Assembly: GCA_965214705.1 (NCBI GenBank)
Contig: OZ243972.1
Coordinates: 2,816,001-2,880,000 of the forward strand
Reading direction: 5' to 3'
DNA from: Alphaproteobacteria bacterium
Lineage (GTDB): Bacteria > Pseudomonadota > Alphaproteobacteria > UBA828
Length of the DNA stretch: 64,000 nt
Shown here: positions 48,885 through 59,323 of the stretch, in pieces
Layout of the letters: the number at the start of each line of letters is the position of its first letter
How positions within the stretch are numbered: the first letter of the stretch is position 1
Notes under the pieces: generated by a model
What the model was told of the DNA's origin: nothing
Database searches by the model: none
The model's input: the letters and a program-made list of their open reading frames with translations, nothing else
Position numbers and translations under genes: made by a program

Positions 48885-49520
48885 ATGAGCCGCTCTGTCA
48901 CCCGCCGATTGGCACTGACCGCGCTGGCGGCCGCCGGAAGCGCGGCAGCGGCGCCTTTCGTCGCCCGCACCGGCTGGGCCTCCCTGGGCTACGCGTTTTC
49001 AGGCCCGGCTGCCGACCGCGGGCTCGGGCTTGCGCCGCCAGTGGAATGCACGCCCGGAACGCGCGCACGGAGGGCGGGGCCGTTCTACACGCCGCAGACG
49101 CCGCGGCGGACCACACTGCGCGAGCCGGACACGCGCGGAGAGACGCTCATCTTTGAAGGGCTGGTGCTCTCGCACGACTGCCGGCCGCTTGCCGGTGCCG
49201 TGATCGACATTTGGCATTGCGACGAGGACGGCCGCTACGACAACCGGGGCTTCCGCTATCGCGGGCATCAGTTCACCGATGAGTCGGGCGCATTCCGGTT
49301 CGAGACCATCCGACCCGTGCGATATTCTGGCCGCACACAGCATATCCACGTGAAGGTGCAGGGCGAGCGGACCGACGTCTTCACCACCCAGGTCTTCTTC
49401 CCGGACTTGGAAGAGGAAAACGCCCGCGACCGGATTTTTCGGGACGACCTCGTGATGCGTCTCGACAGTGCCGGGGGCGCGTGGCGGGGGCGGTTCGACT
49501 TCGTGCTCCCGCCGGCCTGA
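48885..49520 (+). CDS. Intradiol dioxygenase-like protein with Tat-type signal
   Basis: TRRLAL, GPFYTP, IDIWHCDEDGRYD, TIRPVRYSGRTQHIHVKV. Confidence 0.88.
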   Translation: MSRSVTRRLALTALAAAGSAAAAPFVARTGWASLGYAFSGPAADRGLGLAPPVECTPGTRARRAGPFYTPQTPRRTTLREPDTRGETLIFEGLVLSHDCRPLAGAVIDIWHCDEDGRYDNRGFRYRGHQFTDESGAFRFETIRPVRYSGRTQHIHVKVQGERTDVFTTQVFFPDLEEENARDRIFRDDLVMRLDSAGGAWRGRFDFVLPPA

Positions 49521-49744
49521 GACCGCGCCATCGGACTTTCGATTGTTGTGGCCCGAGCGCGGGAGTACACTGATTCGCGCAGCCGGGGTGTACGGGAAGG
49601 ACTTCGGTTGCATCGGCTGGTAGGTGCGGGCTCGCGTTCGTCGCACGGGTGGCGACGCGAGCATGACGGAGCGCCGGCGCAACAATAACAAGATGAGCCA
49701 GGCGCGCTCCCTTCGCCGACAGCCGAGCGGGCAAGGGGGCGACC

Positions 49745-51058
49745 ATGACGCAGACGCTATTCACCAACATCTCGATCTTCGACGGCTCCGGCAAGAAGTC
49801 CTACCGGGGCGAGGTTCTGGTCCAGGGCAACCGCATCAAACAAGTGGTCAAGGGCAAGAAGCGCATCGAGCGGAACGGCGCGGACATGGTGGACGGCGGC
49901 GGCGCGACGCTCATGCCGGGCCTGATCAACGGTCACTCCCACATCGGCTATTCCGAGGAGGGGACGTCCCTCTACTCCCTCGGTGATACGCCGCCCGAGG
50001 AGAACACGCTGATCACGATGCAGCACGCCCAGATCCTGTACGACCACGGCTTCACCGCCCTGGTCTGCGCCGCGACGGGCAAGACCCGCATGGACATCGT
50101 GATCCGGAACGCGGTCAACGCCGGTCAGATCGAGGGGCCGCGCATCCTCGCCGCCTCGCCTGAGCTCACGGTCACCGGCGGCCTGGGCGATGCGCGCCAG
50201 CTCCACATGTACCACGGGGCATTCTCGATCATCTGCGACGGCGAGGAGCAGTTCCGCCAGACCGCGCGGATGCTCTGCCGCGAAGGCGTCGACATCCTCA
50301 AGATCATGCCGTCGAGCGACGAGTTCGTTTACCCCTACGGCAGGGGCGACACGACCGTGATGACGGAAGAGGAGGTCGCCGCGGTCTGCCAGGTCGCCAG
50401 GCAGCGCAACCGGCGGGTCTGCGCCCACGCGCGGACCTCGGAGGCGGTCCAGTTCTGCCTGAAGTACGGTGTCCACATCATCCACCACGCGACCTACGCC
50501 GACGACGAGACCATCGACATGCTGGTGGCGGCCAAGGACGATGTCTTCGTCGTGCCGGCAATCGGCATCACCCACAACACGGCTTACGAGTCCGCCGAAT
50601 TTGGCATGCCGCCGGAGTCCGAGATCGCGCTCAGGCACCACCACGAGCTCGCCATCGTCAGCGAGACCGTCAAGAAGCTGCACGCGCGCGGCGTCCGCGT
50701 GCTGCCCTTCGGCGACTATGCCTTCGCCTGGGTGCCTCACGGGACGGACGCCCGCGACTTCGAGCACTTCGTGAACTACTTCGACTTCACACCGGCCGAG
50801 GTGCTGCACGCCGCGACCAAGCTCGGCGGCGAGCTCTACGCCCACGCCAACGCGCAGGGCAGCGGTATCCCCGAGATGGGCGAGGTCAAGGAGGGCTATC
50901 TCGCCGATCTCATCATGATCGACGGCGATCCGCTGGCGGACCTCACGCTGTTCCAGGACAAGAACAACATCCTCATGATCATGAAGGATGGCACGTATCA
51001 CAAGCCGCCCCAGCCGCGGCGCGGTGCGGCACGCCGGGTGGCCGCCGCGGCGGAGTAA
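49745..51058 (+). CDS. Metal-dependent amidohydrolase (prolidase/imidazolonepropionase-like)
   Basis: LMPGLINGHSH, CAHAR, IHHA, GYLADLIMIDGDPL. Confidence 0.9.
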   Translation: MTQTLFTNISIFDGSGKKSYRGEVLVQGNRIKQVVKGKKRIERNGADMVDGGGATLMPGLINGHSHIGYSEEGTSLYSLGDTPPEENTLITMQHAQILYDHGFTALVCAATGKTRMDIVIRNAVNAGQIEGPRILAASPELTVTGGLGDARQLHMYHGAFSIICDGEEQFRQTARMLCREGVDILKIMPSSDEFVYPYGRGDTTVMTEEEVAAVCQVARQRNRRVCAHARTSEAVQFCLKYGVHIIHHATYADDETIDMLVAAKDDVFVVPAIGITHNTAYESAEFGMPPESEIALRHHHELAIVSETVKKLHARGVRVLPFGDYAFAWVPHGTDARDFEHFVNYFDFTPAEVLHAATKLGGELYAHANAQGSGIPEMGEVKEGYLADLIMIDGDPLADLTLFQDKNNILMIMKDGTYHKPPQPRRGAARRVAAAAE

Positions 51059-51207
51059 AGCGCCAGAGCGCGTCCGACTTTGACGGACGCGCGATAGGCC
51101 GCGACCGCGGCCCGCCGCGTCAGCGGCGCCCTCGCGGAGGCGCCGGCCGCAGGCCGGCTGCCGTGAGCGATAAAGGCGAGAGCGTTTCCGTGCGCGACGG
51201 AAACGCT

Positions 51208-52461
51208 CTAAGCCGCGGCGATGTCGCGGCGCTCGATCCCGCGGTGGAGGTAGAGCAGCCCCACGATAGCGACGCTCACGGCGCCGAGGAGCCCCAGGCC
51301 CGCGTCGAACCCGCTTGTCAGGTCCCACATCGCGCCGATCACGAGCGGCCCCAGCACGCCGCCGATCTCCGCTGCCGAGAAGAACAGGCCGACGGCCGCC
51401 CCGGTGTTGCGCGGATCGACGCCGCGCGTCTCCATCTGCACTAGGATCAGGACCGCGATCAGCGAGCCGCGGCCGATGCCCTGCAGCACCATCGCCACCA
51501 CCAGCGCCGGCACGCCCGTGGCCAGCAGCAGCAGCGCGCCCGCGCCGGTGCAAAGCGCGAGCGCGATGAGGATCGCGAAGCGCCTGGGCGGCGTCGCGAG
51601 CCTCGGAATCATCAGCGCGCCCACGATGCCGACGGCCGTCGGCAGGGCCGACCAGATGCCGGCCTCATCCGGCGCCATGCCGCCGGTGCGCAGCATCTCC
51701 GGCAGCCAGTTGGCGAGCGCGTGATGCAGAAAGAAGGCGCCGATGCTCATCGCCAGAATGACCTGAATGTTCGGCAGGCGTAGCAGCGCACCGAAGACGG
51801 CCAGCTGGCCCGCGATGGTCTCGCGGCGGAGCCCGGCCTGCTCGACCACGCGGTTGATCGGGTGGCTCGCGAGCAGGAACCAGGCGATGCCGCAGGCGAG
51901 GATGAAGCCGGAATAGATCAGCAGGACCAGGCGCCAGTCCCCGTCGAGGAACGGCATCAGGACGCTGTTGGTCAGCGCCAGCGCGAGGATGTGGCCTAAG
52001 AAGGGGCCCGTGATATAGACGCCCATGGCGAAGCCGCGCTCGGCACCCTCGAACCATTGCGCGATCGCCTTGGGCGCGCCGATCGAGACCAGCGGCCCGC
52101 CGATGCCGAACAGCCCGACCGCCACGAACATCGAGACCGCGTCGAAAGCGACGACGCGCAATCCGCCCGATGCGGTAATGATGAGGGCGGCCAGGAACAG
52201 CGACCACTTGAGCCCCACACGGTCGACGAAGGCGCCGCAGGGCGCGGCCGCCACGATATAGACCAGCGGCCAGGCGCCCAGGATGGCACCCATCGTCGTG
52301 TAGCTGAGGCCGAGGTCGCGGCTGATGGGATCGACCAGCGGCGCCATGGCCAGCGACAGCAGGCCGAAGCCGAAATAGATCAGCCACACCCCGCCCAGCA
52401 TGGCCCAGCGATAGCCATGCTCGTGGGGCGGTACAGTGGGTGAGGGAGTGGCGGGCGGCAC
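51208..52461 (-). CDS. MFS transporter (CynX-like)
   Basis: About 12 hydrophobic segments, GAFVDRVGLK, WFEGAERGFA; start approximate. Confidence 0.88.
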   Translation of the reverse strand: MPPATPSPTVPPHEHGYRWAMLGGVWLIYFGFGLLSLAMAPLVDPISRDLGLSYTTMGAILGAWPLVYIVAAAPCGAFVDRVGLKWSLFLAALIITASGGLRVVAFDAVSMFVAVGLFGIGGPLVSIGAPKAIAQWFEGAERGFAMGVYITGPFLGHILALALTNSVLMPFLDGDWRLVLLIYSGFILACGIAWFLLASHPINRVVEQAGLRRETIAGQLAVFGALLRLPNIQVILAMSIGAFFLHHALANWLPEMLRTGGMAPDEAGIWSALPTAVGIVGALMIPRLATPPRRFAILIALALCTGAGALLLLATGVPALVVAMVLQGIGRGSLIAVLILVQMETRGVDPRNTGAAVGLFFSAAEIGGVLGPLVIGAMWDLTSGFDAGLGLLGAVSVAIVGLLYLHRGIERRDIAAA

Positions 52462-52605
52462 GGGGCGCGACCATAGCGACTGGCGCGCGCATCGCATAGG
52501 CGGGCACCCATGACGCGACGCATGGCATCTCAACTGGGGCTGTAGCCGGCACCGGCTCGGTGGCATCATTGCGCCGCAACACGCGCTGACGAAGGGGAGG
52601 GCGGC

Positions 52606-53646
52606 ATGCCGGGCAATCACGTCGATCTCAGGAGCGATACGGTCACGCGGCCGACGGCGGCCATGCGTCAAGCCATGGCCGAGGCCGAGGTCGGCGACGA
52701 GCAGCGCGGCGAGGACCCCACCGTCAACGCGCTCCAGTCGCGCGTGGCCGAGCTGCTGGGCAAGGAGGCGGGAGTCTTCCTGCCCTCCGGCAGCATGTGC
52801 AACGAGATCGCGTTGCTGGTGCACTGCCGCCCCGGCGAGGAGGTGATCTGCGACCGCACGGCGCACATCATCACGTCGGAAGGCGGCGGCCCGGCGGCGC
52901 TCGCCGGTGCCATGGTGCGCCCCCTCGACGGCGAGGCCGGCGTCTATTCGCCGGAGCAGCTCGCCGATGCGGTCCGCGCCGTGACCCGCTACGCGCCGCG
53001 CTCGCGGCTCGCCGTGGTCGAGCAGACCTCGAATCAGGGCGGCGGCACGATCTGGCCGCTGGAGACCATCGAGGCGGTGGGCGAGGCGGCCAGCGCGCAT
53101 GGGCTGCTCCTGCACATGGATGGCGCGCGGCTCCTCAACGCGGTGGTCGAAACGGGCGTGGACGCGGCCCGCTACGCCGCTCCCTTCGATTCCGTCTGGG
53201 TGGACTTCAGCAAGGGCCTCGGCTGCCCGGTCGGCGCCGTGCTCGCCGGCTCCGCCGAGTTCATCGAGGCCGCGTGGCAGTGGAAGCAGCGCCTCGGCGG
53301 CTCCATGCGCCAGTCCGGCATTCTCGCCGCCGCCGGGCTCTACGCGCTCGACCACAATGTCGCGCGCCTCGCCGAGGATCACGCCAACGCCCGCAGCCTC
53401 GCCGACAAGGTGCGCACGCTGTCGCAGCTCAGCCTCGACCAGCGGCGGGTCGACAGCAATCTGGTCTTCTTCGATTGCACCGAGACCGGGCTGAGCGCGT
53501 CCGATCTATCGGAGGCGCTGCGGGCCAAGGGTGTGCTGATCGGCGCCGTGGGCCGCCACCGGCTGCGTGCGGTCACGCACCTCGATGTCGATGCGGCGGC
53601 GGTCGATGCGGCAGGCGAGGTGCTGGAGGCGGTGGTCGGCGGGTAG
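52606..53646 (+). CDS. ltaE: Low-specificity L-threonine aldolase
   Basis: [35 protein letters not shown]. Confidence 0.9.
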   Translation: MPGNHVDLRSDTVTRPTAAMRQAMAEAEVGDEQRGEDPTVNALQSRVAELLGKEAGVFLPSGSMCNEIALLVHCRPGEEVICDRTAHIITSEGGGPAALAGAMVRPLDGEAGVYSPEQLADAVRAVTRYAPRSRLAVVEQTSNQGGGTIWPLETIEAVGEAASAHGLLLHMDGARLLNAVVETGVDAARYAAPFDSVWVDFSKGLGCPVGAVLAGSAEFIEAAWQWKQRLGGSMRQSGILAAAGLYALDHNVARLAEDHANARSLADKVRTLSQLSLDQRRVDSNLVFFDCTETGLSASDLSEALRAKGVLIGAVGRHRLRAVTHLDVDAAAVDAAGEVLEAVVGG

Positions 53647-53676
53647 GGGAAGGGGCCTGCAACGCTCCGTCTGGTG

Positions 53677-54363
53677 TCAGCGCAGATACAGCCCCAGGTA
53701 CTGCCGGATCGCCTTCTCCTGGCTCGCGTTGTAGTCGTGAAGTAGCGCCCGCACGACCTCGTCGTAAGTCCGTTCGCGCTCTGCGAGCGTGATACCTTCC
53801 AGCAGCGTGCGGGAGCGCCGGGCATCGGCTGTGGCGCTGCCGTTGACTTCACCGCTCTCGTCGATCGCCTCGATCGTCACGCGCAGCCGCACGTCCAACC
53901 GCTCGGCCTGCTCCTCCGTGAACAGGCCCTTGAGGTCGGTATTGGTCTTGAGCGGCGTGATCCTGGCGCTGGCTCTCTCGATCGTTACCCGCAGCAGGCC
54001 GAGGTCTCCGCTCGTCCGCAGCCGGTCCTCTACCCAGAGCCGCGCGGCGACAGCCGGCGGTGTCGAGAAGAGGTGGTCGACGTCGGAGGGGTGCGGCGTG
54101 GACCTGCGCTCGACGACCTTGATCCCGCCCAGGTCGAACACCAGCGGCGGCAGTGCCGCGAAGGAGAGGGGCTCGCTCTCATAGCTCGGCGGCGGCTGGC
54201 AGGCGGCGACGATCGCCGTCACCGCAAGCATTGCGGCTCCGGCGAGACCCGCCCGCGCGAGACCGCGCCGCGATAGCGGAAGACGTTTCCCCAACCTCTT
54301 GCCGTTCACACTGTGCCTCCTCTGACGGCGGCCATTTTCATGCGTGACCGCGAATCGACCCAT
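53677..54363 (-). CDS. Putative lipoprotein
   Basis: Basic-hydrophobic signal ending IVAAC; start uncertain. Confidence 0.65.
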   Translation of the reverse strand: MGRFAVTHENGRRQRRHSVNGKRLGKRLPLSRRGLARAGLAGAAMLAVTAIVAACQPPPSYESEPLSFAALPPLVFDLGGIKVVERRSTPHPSDVDHLFSTPPAVAARLWVEDRLRTSGDLGLLRVTIERASARITPLKTNTDLKGLFTEEQAERLDVRLRVTIEAIDESGEVNGSATADARRSRTLLEGITLAERERTYDEVVRALLHDYNASQEKAIRQYLGLYLR

Positions 54364-54491
54364 GACGTTGCTGCCATAGGTGCGCACCGGCGCCCCGCAA
54401 TTCAAGTCGGGACGAGAGACGAGAGGCACGAGGAATGGCCCGCACGGTGCGCGCTGCGCTACACTTGGCCGCGGCGACGGAGAGGCGCGCC

Positions 54492-55295
54492 ATGATGCCG
54501 ACGCAAGCCGAAATCGAGGCCTATCGCACCGACGGGGTGGTGTGCCTGCGCGACGTGATCGACCAGGACTGGATCGAGCGGCTGCGCGAGGGCGTCGCCG
54601 CCGACATGGCGGCACCCGGCCCCCATGTCGAGATCTACACCGAGGACTCCGACCCCGGCCTCTTCTTCAACGACTTCGACCTCTGGCGCCATGTGCCGCA
54701 GATGAAGGCGTTCGCCCTGGAGGGTCCATGCGCCGGGATCGCCGCTGCGCTCTCAGGCGCATCCACCATCACGTTCTTCTACGACCAGGTGTTCGTGAAG
54801 GAGCCCGGCACCGAGGGCCTCACCCAGTGGCACCAGGACCAGCCCTACATGGCGGTGGACGGCCAGCAGTTCTGCTCCAACTGGATCCCGCTCGACCCCA
54901 TCACGCCGGAGACCACGCTGGAGTTCGTGAGGGGCTCCCACCTCTGGGGGCGCTGGTTCGCGCCCTTCGACAGCATGCTGGACGGCGCCCGTCATCCCGG
55001 CACCGCGTTCGAGCGCTGCCCGGATATCGAGGCCGCGCGCGAGGACTACGACATTGTCTCGTGGGACCTGGAGCCCGGAGACTGCATCTTCTTCCAGGGG
55101 CTGATCGTGCACCAGGGCCGCAATAACCCCACGCGGGATACGCGCCGCCGCACCCTGACCCACCGCTGGCTCGGCGACGACATCCGCTTCGTCCTGCGCG
55201 ATCCGCCGGCCGAGTTCCCCAAGCATCCCACCGCGCTCCGCGCCGGCCAGCCCTTCCACGAAGACTCGCAGTACCCGGTCGTCTGGCGGGCGTAA
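54492..55295 (+). CDS. Phytanoyl-CoA dioxygenase family Fe(II)/2OG oxygenase
   Basis: YRTDGVV, TQWHQDQPY, WIPLD, LEFVRGSH, LEPGDCIFF..VH. Confidence 0.9.
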   Translation: MMPTQAEIEAYRTDGVVCLRDVIDQDWIERLREGVAADMAAPGPHVEIYTEDSDPGLFFNDFDLWRHVPQMKAFALEGPCAGIAAALSGASTITFFYDQVFVKEPGTEGLTQWHQDQPYMAVDGQQFCSNWIPLDPITPETTLEFVRGSHLWGRWFAPFDSMLDGARHPGTAFERCPDIEAAREDYDIVSWDLEPGDCIFFQGLIVHQGRNNPTRDTRRRTLTHRWLGDDIRFVLRDPPAEFPKHPTALRAGQPFHEDSQYPVVWRA

Positions 55296-55366
55296 GCCTG
55301 GCCGGCCCGCTTTCCCGCCGCTTTGTGATCTGATAGGGACGACGCACGGTCACGAAGGAGCGGGCG

Positions 55367-56035
55367 ATGGGCGACGGAACCGGCGAGTTGGTCATGGTCC
55401 ACACGGTGGCGGGGCTGATCGATCTGTTCGACGAACTGCGTGCCGAGATCGATCCCGAGGTTCCGGTGCGCCATGTGGTTCAGGCAGCGCTGCTGACTGA
55501 CGCGATCGACGAGGGCGGACTGACCGACGAGATCAGGGCGCGTACGAGAGACGCGCTGCTGCAGGAAACCAACGGCGCCGCGCTCGTGCTCTGCACGTGC
55601 TCCACCGTCGGCCCCGGCGCCGACGACGCGGCGGCGCGGGCGGACGTGCCGATCCTCCGGGTGGACCGGCCAATGGCCGAGGCGGCGGTGGCGGCCGGCC
55701 GGCGCATCACCGTTGCCGCGACGCTCGCCACCACCATCAGGCCCACCGCTGATCTGGTCGCAGACGCCGCGCGCCGCGCCGGCAAGGAGGTGGAGATCGA
55801 CTCGGTCGTCTTCGCCGAGGCCCGCGCCCGGCTGGTGGCGGGCGATGCGGAAGGCCACGAGCGCATCATCGCCGACGGCCTGCACGAGGCGGCTTCTTCG
55901 GCCGACGCCATCGTGCTCGCCCAGGCCTCCATGACCCCGGCGCTCGTTCGCTGCGCCGACATCGAGGTGCCGCTCCTGACCAGCCCCCGCTCAGGGCTCG
56001 AAGCCGCCATCGCGCGCTACCGCGCGGCGGCGTAG
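55367..56035 (+). CDS. Asp/Glu/hydantoin racemase-family protein
   Basis: VMVHT, LCTCSTVG, LRVDRPMA, IVLAQASM, LTSP. Confidence 0.75.
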   Translation: MGDGTGELVMVHTVAGLIDLFDELRAEIDPEVPVRHVVQAALLTDAIDEGGLTDEIRARTRDALLQETNGAALVLCTCSTVGPGADDAAARADVPILRVDRPMAEAAVAAGRRITVAATLATTIRPTADLVADAARRAGKEVEIDSVVFAEARARLVAGDAEGHERIIADGLHEAASSADAIVLAQASMTPALVRCADIEVPLLTSPRSGLEAAIARYRAAA

Positions 56036-56066
56036 CGGCGCTGGGGCACGAAAGGCGAGGGGGCCG

Positions 56067-56546
56067 ATGCCCGCGGCCAAGACGCTCTATCTGGCGAACC
56101 CCTACGGCTTCTCCGCCCAGCAGAAGGACGGGCCGCTGCAGGCGCTGGTCGCGGCGCTGGAGGCGCTCGGCGCGGAGGTATGGGAGCCCTTCGCCCGCAA
56201 CAACCAGATCGACAAGGCCACTGCCGGCTGGGCCTATCGGATCGGCCAGGCCGACCTGCGCGACGTGCGCGATGCCGACGGCATCTTCGCCGTGGTCAAC
56301 GGCTGCCCGCCGGACGAAGGCGTGATGGTGGAGCTCGGCATGGCCATCGCCTGGGAGAAGGCGGTGTTCCTGTTCCGCGACGATTTTCGGCGCTGCACCG
56401 ACAGCGAGGCTTATCCGCTCAACCTGATGGTGTTCACCGGCCTGCCCGAGATCGGTTGGGAGGACTACTGGTACGGCTCGGTGGACGAGATCGCCGATCC
56501 CGACAAGGCGCTCGCCCGCTGGCTTAAGGATGCCCAGCCGGCCTAG
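56067..56546 (+). CDS. Nucleoside 2-deoxyribosyltransferase family protein
   Basis: LYLANPYGF, DLRDVRDAD, PDEGVMVELGMA, NLM. Confidence 0.85.
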   Translation: MPAAKTLYLANPYGFSAQQKDGPLQALVAALEALGAEVWEPFARNNQIDKATAGWAYRIGQADLRDVRDADGIFAVVNGCPPDEGVMVELGMAIAWEKAVFLFRDDFRRCTDSEAYPLNLMVFTGLPEIGWEDYWYGSVDEIADPDKALARWLKDAQPA

Positions 56547-58192
56547 CCCGGATTTCTCACGAGCGTCCATCGTTGGGTTGTTTGGTGTTTGTCGTGGGTT
56601 TGGTTAGAGAGTTGCGGTGTGGGCCGGGTAATGGCGCAGGAGTGGCGGTGGCGCCGGGGGCGCGGTTGAGGCTGGAGCGGGTTTTTGGTTGTTGGCGGGA
56701 GGGTGGCAGCGGGCCTGAGGCTCGGCTCAGGTGCATAATCGGGCGTGAGCACGTGCGAACTCGGGCGCGTGGGGTGCGCCTGAGGCCATGGCGATGCGGA
56801 TGCGGCGGGTACTCAGGCGGACCTGGGCGCCGATCTTCAGCAGCTTGAGGCGGATCGAGCCGCAGGTAGCGCGGGTAAGGCGAGTTCCGGCGAGCGCGAT
56901 GCGCCTGAGCGCTGCGAGCAGCACGTAGGCCATGGCGGCGAACCAGAGACGGAGCTGGTTGGCGCGCATGGTCTGAGCCGAGGTGCGGTCGGCGAAGAGG
57001 TCGAGCTGGCACTCCTTGATGCGGTTCTCCATGTCGCCGCGGGCGCAGTAGAGGGTCTCGTAGAGTTCCCGCCGGTCGATGGCGGCCGCGCTCAGCGAGG
57101 TGACGACGAAGCGGGGGTTGGCGCGGCCCGGCATCCACTCCGCCTTGCCGACGACACGGCGCGGGCGCGACCAAGTCTTGCACGTGCGGTAGCGGAACTC
57201 GGTGAACAGCCGCGCCGGCTGGCCGCTCTCCCGCGAGCGGGCTTCGGCCAGGTCCAGGGCCGGTTGCAGGCGGTCCGTGAGCCGCGGGTTCCGGGCGAGC
57301 CCGAAGACATAGTCCACCCCGTTCGCCTCGCACCAGGCCATCAGTCCCTCGCGGGCGAAGCCAGAGTCTGCGCGCAGCACGATCTCGACGGCGGGCCAGC
57401 GGGCGCGGATGCGCGCGACGATGCGCGCCACCTCTTCGGCCGCGCCGGCGCTGGCGTCGATGTCGGCCCGCCTCAGCTTGGCGGCCAGCAGGTGATCGCC
57501 GCAGAAGATGTAGAGCGGCAGGTAGCAGTAGCAGTCGTAGTAGCCGTGGAAGAAGCGGCCTTCCTGATGGCCGTGCAGCGGGTCGTCGGTGGCGTCCAGA
57601 TCGAGGACCAACCGCTCAGGGGCCTGCCCGTGGGCGTCGAGGAAGAGATCGACGAAGAGCGTCTCGATCGCCTCAGGCTCATGACCGATCCGGCGATAGC
57701 GATGGGCGCCCGAAGGCGCGTGCTCCAGCCGGTTCAGCGTCGACTTGCCCGCAAGCGGCGCACAGCCCGCACGCCCGGCCTCCAAACGCCCCAGCACCAC
57801 CCCCAGCACGGGGTCGTGGCGCAGCGCGTCGTGGTCGATCAAGTCCTCGTAGCCCAGCGCGATCCCGAACACCCGCTGGCCCACCAGGGTGGCAACGTCG
57901 TGCACCACACGAGAGGCCGCGCGCCCGTCCGAGAAGCAGGCGGCGAAGCAATCCACCAGTCCGATCGCCCGGTCCGTGGCGCCCAGCAGCAGGGCGCCCG
58001 CGTCCGAGGTCATCACCCCGCCGCCGAAGTCGGCCACCACATCACGCCCGTTCAGGCGTGCAAACTGCATCGCGGGCGGGCTACACTCTGCAGGCATCGG
58101 GGAACTCCTCTGCAGCCGGTGAAGTCTTTGTTGCAGAAGAACTTTCTCACGAGCAGAGCCCCGATGCACACCATACTTGTGAGAAATCCGGG
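56547..58192 (-). mobile_element. IS1380-family element
   Basis: TIR CCCGGATTTCTCAC at both ends; flanks CTAG and CTGC do not match. Confidence 0.88.
56727..58097 (-). CDS. IS1380-family transposase
   Basis: FGGGVMTSDAG, LDLDATDDPLHGHQEG, LRADSGF, YCARGDMENRIKE. Confidence 0.95.
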   Translation of the reverse strand: MPAECSPPAMQFARLNGRDVVADFGGGVMTSDAGALLLGATDRAIGLVDCFAACFSDGRAASRVVHDVATLVGQRVFGIALGYEDLIDHDALRHDPVLGVVLGRLEAGRAGCAPLAGKSTLNRLEHAPSGAHRYRRIGHEPEAIETLFVDLFLDAHGQAPERLVLDLDATDDPLHGHQEGRFFHGYYDCYCYLPLYIFCGDHLLAAKLRRADIDASAGAAEEVARIVARIRARWPAVEIVLRADSGFAREGLMAWCEANGVDYVFGLARNPRLTDRLQPALDLAEARSRESGQPARLFTEFRYRTCKTWSRPRRVVGKAEWMPGRANPRFVVTSLSAAAIDRRELYETLYCARGDMENRIKECQLDLFADRTSAQTMRANQLRLWFAAMAYVLLAALRRIALAGTRLTRATCGSIRLKLLKIGAQVRLSTRRIRIAMASGAPHAPEFARAHARLCT

Positions 58193-58356
58193 CTGCGTCC
58201 GTCGATCACGGACGCGCGACCGGCTGCACCCGCGGCCCGTCGCCCCTGCGGCTTCCGTGGTCTTGCTGACACCCTTCAACTAACATTCGAGCCGAACCGT
58301 CCCATGGAAGCCGGGCGCATTGGCGTGCGGCCCGACGAGGAACGAAAGGCCAGACC

Positions 58357-58803
58357 ATGAAGCAGATCAGTTACGTCATCCAGTTTCGCGGAAGTGCGGG
58401 CCCCAAGGAGGGTGTGGAAGGTGTCTTGAGCGCCTCGACGAGCGGGTCAGCGTCGAGGATTTCCACGGCCGTGGACGACAGCGCGGTTGACGCCACCATC
58501 GAGGCCATCGCGGGTAACAGCGTGAGCTTCGAATCGGACGTCTTTCCCAATGAGGATGGCAGCTTCACGGAGTCGGGTACGATCGACTTCGGCGGAGGCA
58601 ACAGCTTCACCTTCAGCACGCGTGGAACAGGGGCGATGGGGCCGAGCGCAGATTCGAACCTGACGCACGGCGGGATCTCCTGGCAGGTCGATTCCGGCGC
58701 CGGCATATTCGAAGGCGCGACCGGGATTATCACCTCCAATTTCACGGTAAGCGGCAGTGGCGAGGTGGTCGACAACCAGTGGGGCGTGATCTTCTTGAAG
58801 TAG
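58357..58803 (+). CDS. Hypothetical beta-rich protein
   Basis: 148 aa; GAGIFEGATG motif resembles dirigent/AOC-like barrels. Confidence 0.65.
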   Translation: MKQISYVIQFRGSAGPKEGVEGVLSASTSGSASRISTAVDDSAVDATIEAIAGNSVSFESDVFPNEDGSFTESGTIDFGGGNSFTFSTRGTGAMGPSADSNLTHGGISWQVDSGAGIFEGATGIITSNFTVSGSGEVVDNQWGVIFLK

Positions 58804-58850
58804 TGTCGCACCCGCCGGCGAGCGACAGCCGAACGGATTGAGGCGGACTC

Positions 58851-59201
58851 ATGTGCGCGTTCTGCACCATGTTCTCGAGCGGGCCTCACTGGACCGAGGC
58901 GGGCACGGACGTGGGGCGCAGCGGGGTCGCGCCGGTGGGCAATGCGAGATTTGTCGACCGCGCCTATCGTCTGAAACTCATCAACAAGATTCTGCGTCAC
59001 TACGGCTGCAAGGTCGACGACTGGGCCGGCGGTCAATACTTGGTGCACAGTCATCGCGGACGGACGGAAGTCGTCGAGCAGCTGCCGCAAATCTGGATGA
59101 CGGTCGAGGCCATCGCCATGAAGCCGGTCGACCCGCTCGATCCGCAGCTCCTCTCGCTGCTCGGCGAAGCCGGGCCCGTGACACGGAGCGAGACCGCGTA
59201 G
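58851..59201 (+). CDS. Conserved-type hypothetical (MCxxC...HWT...DPLDP)
   Basis: GAGG RBS; pattern recalled from hydantoinase/deacetylase gene neighbourhoods. Confidence 0.65.
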   Translation: MCAFCTMFSSGPHWTEAGTDVGRSGVAPVGNARFVDRAYRLKLINKILRHYGCKVDDWAGGQYLVHSHRGRTEVVEQLPQIWMTVEAIAMKPVDPLDPQLLSLLGEAGPVTRSETA

Positions 59202-59323
59202 GCGACCAAACGGACGTTCCGAGGGCGCGGAGGCGGATCCGCGATGGGCGAGGGCCCAGTTCGCGGGATCCGCCTCTCGATTGCACCCGGACGAAAAAAC
59301 TGTCGTCGGCGAACTCTCGCCAG

